Shown in pieces: positions 39,701 through 50,703 of a stretch of DNA of 64,000 nt. Position 1 is the stretch's first letter; each line of letters starts with the position of its first letter. A model generated the notes under the pieces. It worked only from the letters and a program-made list of their open reading frames with translations, did no database searches and was not told where the DNA came from. Source of the DNA: Convolutriloba macropyga. Its lineage: Eukaryota. Location of the stretch: positions 10,912,001 to 10,976,000 of the forward strand of contig NC_134476.1 in NCBI RefSeq assembly GCF_964194025.1, read 5' to 3'. The position numbers and the translations under genes are program-made.

Positions 39701-40625
39701 GCCGAAACCTGGTGTTTTTTCAAAAGTATTTTTTTTTCAAATTATGCTTTGTTTGATTTATAATTTGGCAGCATGTAACAGCTATTTTATTTTACTTGCT
39801 AGAGATTATAAATAAACAGTTAAAATTGGCACATTAGGTCTAAAGTTAATCTCATCCGTTGAAATTAATCGCTTTTGTAGACTTGGAGAGATAGGCGAAT
39901 TAATCAAGCCTTGCGTGTTATTGCCATGGCCGCAGCGGTGCGTGGGGTTGGTTTGACATGGCTATATCTAAACGGAACATGTTTTCACGATCAGTTTTCT
40001 TTTCGATAGTTTTGTGAATTGATCAGTTCAAATGTTGCATATTCTTTGTTCTGTGTCCTCGCTCCGTTTTTATTCTGTCGTTGTTGATTTATGAATGACT
40101 ATATGTTGTGATTATGCCCGTATAGGTCCGACACTGTGGGCGTATAAATCTGAATCTTTGATTCAGATATCAATATTTCATGATTTGAAACAACTTTGTG
40201 TCATTGAAATCAGATATCGCCTATCAAATAACAACTTAGATTGATCTGAAACAACCTGTGGGTGTAAATTATGGTTCTGATCTTTTGAATCACTCAAATG
40301 ACCGCGAGTGAGAGTTACTTGACTTATATTGGTCGTCTTAATTTGAAGAAAACACGGATTTTGGGCTTATTTCTAGCTTGTTTCTTTTATTGTAGAAGTT
40401 ACAACATTCAGGTTCAATGACACTGCTTTCATTGAGGGATTCCGAGTTCAGAAATTTTGAAATAGTTGTTAGTTAGTCTTAATTATTGCATCACATGCTA
40501 ATATGTAATCATAAGTTGTTTGGAGATAATGAGATTCCTGTTATGGTACTCTGAAAGATGTTCAAAAAGAAGGGAATGTTGAAATATTTAAGGTTATGCG
40601 AGATGACCAACTTGTTCCGTTGACA

Positions 40626-41067
40626 GGTGAACGCACAGTAAACCGAAGTAAAAGTAAGCCGACATAAACGCAAGCCGAAAGTTATGCAATAATTATGTAA
40701 TTTATCAGAAATTTTGAATTGTTAGCCGTTGTTAGTCAATTATAATACTGCGCGTAGTATTATAATGAATAATGTATTCCAACACACCAAAGAAACGAAA
40801 ATACGTCAGTTTTTAGACATTTAGTGGGTATGGGCATCAGCGGACCATTGTCCATGGAAATGCCTCTCATCCGCTGTGGGATGTAATCCGAAAACCGCGG
40901 GCCGGCTATCTCGGCGAAAAGCGCCCACCGGCCCGCCAGGGTGTTAAATTAAAATACGGGTTAAATTAAAATACGGGTTGAATTAAAATATCACAAAATG
41001 TTTTGGCTCACTTGACCTCATTTTCAAAATTCGGCTTGCTTGCCTATCGGCTTGCTTGACGGCCACC
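40626..41067. mobile_element. MITE with 9-bp TSD (Mutator- or Merlin-type)
   Basis: TSD CCGTTGACA on both sides; GGTG...CACC termini; subterminal AAGCCGA/TCGGCTT repeats. Confidence 0.8.
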
Positions 41068-41217
41068 CCGTTGACAACGCACTCCGTTCTTGAAGATCTC
41101 AGAAATCAGTATCCGCAGGTTTTGAAGTTGTTCAATGTTGTTGATCATGTTTTGGTTTTTAAGATGTATGCCAGCCTTGAAGGTCAAGGTCTCTCTTGCT
41201 TTTGAGTGAGATTAAAC

Positions 41218-41480
41218 GGTGTCAGGACAATTTACCCAATGCCATTATTCCCATCCTGCCATTTTCAGTGCGACTATTTAGCCGACTGTATAAAATGGGC
41301 CGCGGAACTTGATATGAAACTATCACAACCGAACATTGTTTATGTTGTCCCCTTAAGTATGTTAAAATATCCTTGTAATAACGGCTGCTAATTTGTGAAA
41401 GGGTTATTGACCAAAAACATCAAAATGCATTGGGTCAATTGGCGTGGGGTAAAATGGAATATGTAAATCGTCATGTAACC
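41218..41480. mobile_element. MITE with 8-bp (possibly 9-bp) TSD
   Basis: TSD GATTAAAC; imperfect TIR GGTGTCAGGACAATTTAC / GTAAATCGTCATGTAACC. Confidence 0.75.
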
Positions 41481-42603
41481 GATTAAACGTAGGTAATTTG
41501 ATGGACGAAATATTTGTATGTTGCAGTTGTTAATGATATGAATAATGGGAAGATGTTTTGCTGCTTCTTTATCAAATTTGGAAACAGTGACGACAGATCT
41601 GAGGGTCGGGGCTTTTGGCTATTGTGTTTCTGGCGAGAATTTGATGTAATCAAAAGAGATTTTCCGCAGGATTAACAACATGAGGCATTGTCTATCATTG
41701 AGATGCTGGGCTTTGCTTTTCATTTTTTGTTTTCCAAAGCGCAAAAGTTTGTTTAAGCAAACAAATATATTTAATCAGTATATACTTTCAGATGCAGTTC
41801 AATTACGGGATATATCTTGGTGCTCTCAAAAGGTTTCTCCATTATTAATAGTTTCAAAATCTGGTCAAGGAATTCGGAATAATAAAACTTGGAACTTTGA
41901 AGATTGTCCGTTTTGTTAGCCAAAAGTTGTTGCTTGGCTCCTCACACTAATTCTTTTAACAAAAAATTGGCGAATTGTAAATATCCTTATAGACGAGTCT
42001 TAGAGAGTCTTTAACCTCATATTACAGTTAACTGGTTTTATGAAAGGAGAAAAACTCATTTGTCTGATGATCCGATGGTGGAAAATGTTCCGTATATCAA
42101 GAATGGGATATCGCAGCTTGTTTTTATTGACATAAACAGTGCAATAGGACAGTGCAATATTGTGTGCTGCAGTCTTGAATTCGGGCAAAAACTCACTTGT
42201 TTTAATAAGTTTTTACATGCTTTTGTTATCTTGTCTTAGCGTAGCACGGTTGTTTTGATATGCTGCTTTTTGAAAACATTCTGTTTGTCGCAGTATTTTA
42301 AATGACTTATTCTTGCGCAAAATCAACCGTGGCTAGAGGTGCTGTGAGAAAATAAATGATCTCTTCTAGTGTATGTGTTGACGGAGTTTTTTTTGGTTCT
42401 TTGCTACATAATCTGGCAATTTTTGCTTGTTTTAAAGCAAAGGTTTCTACAAAATGAAATTTAACCCTGGCCTCCTCGTGTGCGCTACTATGATAGTTTC
42501 TTTCGCGTTTTTTTACGGGCTAACTAGGCTATGCTATTAGACAAGCTATGCTATTAACTAGGCTATGCTATTGGAGCACCCCTGGGAAGACCCTAAAGCC
42601 TGA

Positions 42604-42604
<1 letters not shown>

Positions 42605-42650
<46 letters not shown>
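42605..42650. repeat. (CTA)n microsatellite
   Basis: About 15 CTA units. Confidence 0.97.
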
Positions 42651-43493
42651 AAGGCTTTAATAAGTTCAAAAAATACTTCTGAAAATTTTTTTTAGTGCTG
42701 AAGTCTGATAATTCAAATTTAAATTGTTCATATATCGTTATGCATTACTGTGAAAATAGTACATTTTGTGCAGGAAATGTTCTCGGAAGATTCAGTGTTA
42801 TTGGCGACCCTTTTTAAGAATAAAGTTATTAGCGTGCGTGTACAACAGTTACAGTACGCGAGGCTCGTTAGATCTGCTTGAAAATGGGAAATATCTTAGA
42901 TTTCTGTCCTCGATGCTTCTTACCGAGCTAGCGCGGACCGAGCTAACAGTGGCAAGAGCTTGCCATGATTGTCCACGCTCAACGGCACAGTTGTTAACGC
43001 CATCACTGCTGTCCACGGTTACACTATCAAATTTCCCTCATAATTAACAACGTAAAAATTAGACCGAAATGAAAGAAAGCCCATTTGGTAATTAATTGCA
43101 GACAAGTCCATTTGCAAGACTAATTGCGGATTAAGAAGACAGTTGGAAGTTTTTGCCATAAACCATATCACGGTCACAAAAACAATAAAGTCTTTGAATT
43201 GGGTCGCATGTAATTACTAGATAAGCTCGGGAATAAAGTTTTAGGATAATTGAAGAGCTATGAGAAGAAATAAATGCTGGAAATTGTGGACAATGGTTAC
43301 ATTCATAGGTGAATACGAATTACGAAATCCATGCACGTTTCGTCTGTGGTCCATGAGTAACCTAACGTTTTGCCGTATACATAACTATTTCCTGTCCTCA
43401 AAACGAATTGTTTCCCAAACTAGTGTGAACAAACGAAAGCTTATATTTGTTTTGATTATGGTTAATAAATGACTCACTTATTTTCTAGATGCA

Positions 43494-44587
43494 ATGTATG
43501 TTGAAACTGAATCTTTGTCCAATGAATTTGACGATCAACCTAACTGGAGCAAGAAAAGTGCTTCTGCGATCAGCCAAGATGCCAAAATTGATCAGTTAGT
43601 TCGAATCACGCAAATAATTTTCAGCAACGATGTTCCGAAGAAAAACGATCCGCTGAAACGAAAAACAAACTTGAAAGAAATCAAATTGTTTCTGGAAAAG
43701 CAATCGAACCATTCAGCTTCTACGTGTGGACCTGTTGTGAGCAACTATCTGAAGAATTTCGTCAAGTTTTTTGAAACTGCTGAGGGTCATGATGCCCGTT
43801 TGCAGAAGTTTCGAGCTGAAGTTGAAATTGTAACTTTGATAGTCCTTAAATTTCCGTCGTACATACCGATACAGCGCTCGGTATTGATGAAAATCATTTT
43901 ACGAGAGCTTTCTTTTATTTGTAGCCTCGGTAGTTTCGAATACAGGAGGTTTTTAATTGATCTCTTTGTTAAGATTTCAATCGCGGGCAAGTGGTCGTTC
44001 CAAAATAGCCAAACATTCAAAACTCATTACGAAAGCTTATTGACATCGTCATTGAATTCTATTTATTTTTTGGCTTACAAATACGAGTTTTATAAGAAAA
44101 GCGGTTATCCGGAAACGCTGGATGAGAGTTATAGCAACGAAGAGCTAAGTTTGATTGCAACGAAAGACGAATTGTTAGAACTCAGTAAGGAAAACCCGTC
44201 AAAATTTTCAACTTCTTTGATGGAAATTTTGAATAGTTTAATTGCTGAAAAGATCCTTTACAATTCAAGCTTTCCGATAAAGCAAGCCATTAATTTTTCA
44301 GCAGCAGTTTTGCAAGATATCACGTTTGAATCTTCGATTGAGGGTGATTCAAAAACGCCATCGTTTTCAACCAGTCTTCAATTTGAAGTTGTCAATTTTG
44401 TGAAGTTGATTTGTTTGAGATTCGGCTCGGCGGGTATTGTGTTTATGCGACCACTTGTTGGTATTGTGAGTGATTATTTGATAAGGGTTGCAGCTTTCCT
44501 GATGTTGCGTCTGGGAGAAAAAGCTTTGACGGACGAGTTTGTCAAGTCGTTTTGTGGGATGGTTAGCCTAGCCGAGTGCATAATCAG
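43494..44587 (+). CDS. PELP1: PELP1/Rix1 homologue (rixosome/5FMC scaffold), coding exon 1
   Basis: Long helical-looking ORF 43494-44636; AG|gtttga donor is phase 2 and joins exon 45456. Confidence 0.75.
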
Positions 44588-45455
44588 GTTTGATATGAAA
44601 GCTTACTTCAAAATTGTTTCCTTTTTGCGCGCGTGAACAAAATTTTATTTTTGTCGTGAAACGTGAACAATTTATGGAGCGTTTATGCGCATAATGGTTT
44701 GCGTATAGATTGTTAACAGGTGGGACTTGTCATCGCAATCTATTCATACCGTTATACTGGCGTAACATTATCAGTTATAGATCGACATGTCTTACTGGAC
44801 GGGGGCAGTGTTCATTTCTTCTGGTCTTGATAGATATTTATAGATATAGATACTTAATTATAGATACTATCACGAAAATTTGCCAAAAATCGTTAATATC
44901 AAAATTTCGAAACAAAATGGTCGCAGTACTGCGCTGTCTCATGAATTCTTTGAACTCTTTATGTTTCTCTAAAATCCGGTTTCTGGATAGTTCTTACTGC
45001 AACTACTATCTAGGACTACTAGCCACTGAGGCATGGCCAAATGATTATATTGCTAATTTAATAATCCTTATTTTATAGAAAGATTAAAATCGGGGTGAAA
45101 TGATAGAGGCGTTAAAAGATAGAGGGATTAAATGATACAGGGGTGATTAAATCGGGGTTAAATGAATAGGGGTGAAAAAGCGGGACACCTTCTGAAATAC
45201 CACGGCCATCATAAAACATCAACATTGATTTGAATTTTAACAAAATCGAATGCAGATCAAAGTCGAATTCGATTTGCTGCTTTGACAATGTTATGATGAC
45301 AGTGGAATTTCAGCAAACTTATCGCTGTTTAACGCTGTTTAATTCTCGTTTTTATGCAAAAAGGCAAAATAAATTAAAATCCTCTTTATCAGTTACTATG
45401 CTTGATCTTTTCTTTAAAATTGTTTTTATAAGTCACGACTTTTGTATTGTTTCAG

Positions 45456-46434
45456 AAACGTGACGAAGTATGCCTTTGAACAAACCGATCTAAGTCAAAT
45501 TCTGGTTTCGCTTTCATTTTCATTGCAGCGCTTTAGTAATCAGGAACTGCCAATAAAAAACAACAATGCTGAAGAACTGATCAACAGCCTTTCTTTATCT
45601 GGTGGCAGCAAAAAATCAAGAAAACGGAAACGTGAACAAATGGCTAAACTTGCTTCCACTAACGGGAAAGAAACTAAGGAAAATTCGGAAACTAAAGGAA
45701 AAGTGTACTGTACTATGCTGGCATCTACTATCAACTTTTGCGCTTGTTTGTTTGCAAACTGCTCTCACCTCTTCACTCCTGAAGTGCTGCACAAATCAAT
45801 GCTCTGTTTTGTTTCCATTTCTCTCACTTCATTTTCCGGAACTCAAACTGAATTTTCGAGAGCTACTGTTAAATACCCAAACATGAATTATTTCAAAAAT
45901 GATGACGTTTTGCTCGCGCTTTTGTCATGTTTGGAAGCTTTGATTATTCGGCCGAATCCAAAATGCTCACCGCCGCTGTCAATTTTGTCAGAAATTTTGA
46001 AAATGGCTGCAAATGACGAAAGACCCCAAGTAGCAGAAAAAGCGCAACAAATTCAAATTCTGCTGGAAATGATTGTGAAACCAAATATGATTCAAGTATT
46101 TCCGTCAATTGCGCTTGAGTACGAACCGAAAATAGAGGTCGAAAGTCAGTCAATTCAAACTGAAAATCAAGTTACGCTTGTAAACGTTTCGTCGCAGACG
46201 TCGGAGGCTAAAGTCGTTGCTCAAAACGATGTTGAAAGTTACGTTGTTATGAGAGCGAAGAAAACAAGAAGCAGGTTTGTTCAAACGGATGAAAAATTTG
46301 CAATTGATAAGATTGGGGGCGTTGGTGAAAAGAAATTGACCTCTGAAACTCAAAGTGACGTTAACTTGGACTGTGAAGATGATGAGGATAATTTTTTTGA
46401 TATTTGTGAACAGTTTGTGCCTGAAATTGTTTAA
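45456..46434 (+). CDS. PELP1: PELP1/Rix1 homologue, coding exon 2 (spliced protein about 690 aa)
   Basis: tgtttcag acceptor; basic NLS loop KKSRKRKR, then LLSCLEALIIRPNPKCSPPLS...DERPQVAEKAQ...LEMIVKP resembling the PELP1 'LLALLLAPSPRCPPPL...EV..FC..AL...HPR' region. Confidence 0.8.
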
Positions 46435-46501
46435 GATAAATTATTGCTCATGAAGGGTTTTTTGCATCAAAGCTAACGTTGAAGAGTTTTTTAAGCGTTT
46501 T

Positions 46502-49500
46502 TAATAGCCGGCATCATTTTCTCAGCAGGCTATTATTGCGCTCCTTTTTTTTACGTCTCGAAGAGGAGTAATGGTGATCTATTTTTGCAATCCAAAGTAT
46601 TTGGATTGTATTGGTGTACTGTCTTTTTTAAGATCTGTTCACGTTTCTTTTGGCTTTTTCACGTCAGTGAGAAGTCAATTTAGAGTAGTTATTATAGTCA
46701 CGCTGAAGTAGAAAAGGGAGTGAAAAATTGAGTAGGTTTAAGTTGTGATTTTTTTCTCAGCTACCTTTCAAGTGGAGTGAGAAATTGGTGTTCAAACAAA
46801 TTTTCGATTTTTGAGATGGAAGTTTTTTTTCACGTGCGTTATTTTGACTCCTGTTTTCAGTGTTTCTTCTTCGTCAGTGCTTTTCATATGATATATATGT
46901 GTTCTAATTGCGCCTATTTGCAATCGCTTGAATTCTTCAAGGGGCAGCTAAAACTTTTCATGACTTATACACTTTTTGTTGTCATAAAATATTAGTGAAT
47001 ATTTGACTTTGCCCACTTTAAAAAAAATCTGTTGTTTTATCACCTAGTTTCATCAGTGGCTGGTCTGGAACCTAATTACCGGTTCGAGTTAATAGCTAGC
47101 AATTTTCATGACTTTGTCACTACTTTATCTCCAAAATTTTGAGGGAAATCTTCAGTTTTGCGAGTATTTGTTGTTTTTTTGTTGTCTTATCACATCTCTT
47201 TAAGGACAGGTCTCATCGGTTCTTACTAATGGCTAATAAATCGGTTTAATCGTTTCTGTTCAAAGCTTAAGCTTTCTATGACTTTGATACTAATTATTTT
47301 CAAGAAATATTACTTTTTTTAGTTTTGCTAGTTTTTTGTTGACTTTGTTGTCTTTTCGCTCAGTATCATTTTTGTTAGGTCTGTTTGTTTGCGAAGAAAA
47401 CTTTAGTTAGTGACAATAGTCTTTTTCAGATCATAGCTATTGTTTTCTGTGACTTATAAACTGTTCGTTTATAAAAATATTAGTGAATTTTTTAAGTTTT
47501 GCTAGTAATTTTCAAGTCTCATCGGGTGCCATTGGCGATTCAGTTACTCGAAGTAATGCTATCAGTCGGCAGCTATTGCCTTCTCTGATTGTTAAACTAT
47601 TTGCCTTGAAAAAGTTTTAGCGTATTTATTTGCGAAGATTGGTTATTTTTGTTGTCAGAAAATATCATTAGTGACAGCTTTCACCGACAAGTTGATAATA
47701 AAAAAATAAGAGAATATATTTGGTTCCTCGAGTCCATAGAAGTCATTTTTTGCTTTGGACCGCCCGCGTCTTTTCAAAAAAAGTTTATGTTTAGTTTTCG
47801 TTGTTCTTGAGGACTTGTTGCTTAGCCTCAATAATAAGTTCATAATTGGTCATAAGATAATTCAATTCATCGAATTGTATTTCAGGACTTATCCTTCTAT
47901 TTTTTTAGAGGTGACTTCTATTTTTAGAAGATGATTAGAAGAAGTCAAATGCTACACGTGAAAAGAAGTGTTTAGGTCAATCTACTCTACAAAATTTAAC
48001 TAGAGAGAGTTAAAGTGGTTTTTCAAGCATCACTCTGAGAGAGAGCGAGGAAAGAAGGAATGAAAAAAATTTGCGCAAAGCGAACAAATTTTTGATCACT
48101 TGCGGCTTTTTCGAAGCGCATTTTTAGGTTTAAACTCTAACTTTATCGGATAACAGTGTTTGCTTCAGGCAACTAAACTGGTATTAGTGCGTTTGGAGGC
48201 TTTTTCGATAATATAATATAAATATTATACTTTCAGGCGCAATTTTTCAGTTATTTTGCCCTGTTGGATGCTTTTTTAAGTAGTTTTTGTATTCTTATTC
48301 CATTTTTATACCACGCGGAGAGTTTTTTTGGTACTACGTACTAATTTCAGTGTTTTAGATGGTCTTTTGATTTAATGTATGTTAATTCTGAGTGGTGTGT
48401 TAAAAAAATTGGGTAATTCTAATCTGATTTTTGCCTATTTTCGTGTTTTGTCTTTCAAAGGTTTTTCCAATTTGTTCTATAGTAGGTTTTTAGCAATAGC
48501 TTTTCTCGGTCACTTTTTAACCGAGAAATGTTATGTAGGCGTTGCTATTAAGACTTGAAAGTTCAAGGTTTTGTACATCAAAATTTTTACTGAAAAAAAA
48601 CGATATAAATTTTTTTTCCGATTTTATGAACGCCTTTTTAATTGTTGTTTAGCGTTTCTCTGACTGACCAGCGAAATCCAGTAGTTATAGGGAGTGGCAT
48701 TCTTTCAGATTGCTTTGAAGTCATTTAAAAAAAGAGTTGTATAAACAGATTTTGAGGTTTTCAGAGCGAATTTTTTTTACGTGCGGCAATTTCACTTGTT
48801 TTCTCTGCGTTCTCTTCATTTTCTCTACGAAAATTTTGAAAGCTGATACGTGTGTTCTAATAAAGCATAGTCGCAGTTGTTGAAACCCCACAAAAGGAAA
48901 CTGCTGTTTTCAAGAATTAGACGCTATGTGACTTAATCAAATGTAAGAGATTTTATAGATTTTGCCTGATTTCGCAGTTTTTTATTCTCATTAATAAGAG
49001 GTCTCAATTGCTATCTCTGATGATTAATTCATATTAATTTAATCATTTGAAAAAAAATCGACCGTTCTAACGATTTTGACAAAACTTGTATCAAAAAGAT
49101 TTAACGATTTGGTTTTTTTTTATCGCTTTTTTCGTTCTATCACTCAGCCGCGTTATGGATAGCTCTGAATAGCTTCTTTTTGGAGGTAGAATTTGAATCA
49201 ATTGAAGGGTTTTGATTTATATTTAAAGTTCTTGACTTTCCGTGCAAGGAATACTTTTTATTGATGGAAAATTTGTTTGCGGGTATACTTTTTGGCCGCT
49301 CGCGTGTTATCTTTCCTCCTCTGGTAGTAATTCAGAATTTTTCGTAAATTTATTTAGCAGCCTCACTCTTTTCTTTGAGAGGTTGGTTTCGGGCCTAAAG
49401 GAATTTGTCCGGCTATGGTTTTCTTTTTTAATTCATCGAAAAAAAATTGTTTCGCTTTACCTCATTTTGCCGCTTTTTGACATTTTGCATGAAATCTTTT

Positions 49501-49895
49501 TGTCTTCTCTAGACTAATTTCATTCTTCGCTCATTCTGCTCAAAGTGCCTTTAAACAGCACTTGCCCAGCAAAGCAATTTAAAGTGAACAGAATCAGTAT
49601 TGAAAAACTAAATCAAAATAGAAACGGTATAAACCTATAAATCACAATCATAGATGCCCGCTGATTGACTTTTCTTCTGATAAGTCTTAGTTAACATCTC
49701 TAATGCGTTTTTGGATTGATACCAGCCCTTTTATCCTCTCATTAACTAACAGGAGCATGTCAAACTGAAATCAAATCTGCACTGTAAAAGTTTTCTTTTG
49801 TCAAACAGTTTTTTTCCATTTGTTTCCATTCCTTCAGCCCAAATAAGGGTTATGGGAATCAATGGAAACTATTTTCCGACAATATGCCTTGTATA
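46502..49895 (+). mobile_element. Older HINE family A copy split by ~2.9 kb of nested repeat DNA
   Basis: Family A 5' end at 46502; body resumes near 49430 and ends in a degenerate 3' end near 49855-49895; E-like start at about 46585. Confidence 0.6.
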
Positions 49896-50703
49896 ATTGT
49901 TACACATTGACTCATGCAGAATTTTTTTGAAACATACTAGACAGCTTTCGAAACTTGTAACCTCGAATCTCGATCGCAAAAGTAGTTATTTTAGTCAACT
50001 AGAAAGCTAATATGTTGTACCTGCGTACCTATAGAATTTTGGAAAATTCTTGTGACAAAACGTGGCCAAAAAACTGTCATTCCTAATTTATGGTTTCTTT
50101 TCGTATCAAACCCTGAATCAAAAATGTTTGCCTGACATATAAGATAAGAAGTTTGTGCGGTACGATCTCGTATCTGTGTACGAACGTTTTTGTATCTTGT
50201 AAATTCCCAATTATGGATACATATCATGCATATCATGGTCATGTAAATTCAAACATAAATGCAAAGTCGGAAGAAAGAGGAACTCTTGATCTTTATTTTA
50301 ACTGCACGTCAACGAAGTTTGAAGATGTTATTGAAGCCGTGTCTCTCGTACCAACCGCAAATATTTTAAATCAGTGGAGAGAGAAGTTCAGATGATCTGA
50401 AACAAGCTTTATCCCTTTTGTCTTTGCAGATTTCATCGGTTTTCGTGTTTCCGGAAAAAGGTAAAATTCAATGAGAGCTTGTTGGTTTAGTTTATCTATG
50501 TTGTTCCAACCTTTTTATGGCGGAATATTGATGCAAGATTTGCTTTTTTGGTTCCAGATCAAATGGGAAAAATTTATAGGCTTTCAGAAATATGAATGGT
50601 GCCCGATAACTTCTATATTCGCTCAATTTGAAAATCTCATTGTTTAACAATTTGGAGATTGGCAGAGCGGAGATTATCTAAATGACAGATAACCAAATAT
50701 AAC

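Noticed and set aside
47060-47095. Additional tRNA-like B box (GGTTCGAG); also one near 51926
   Set aside because: No properly spaced A box or shared flanking motif; probably chance matches.
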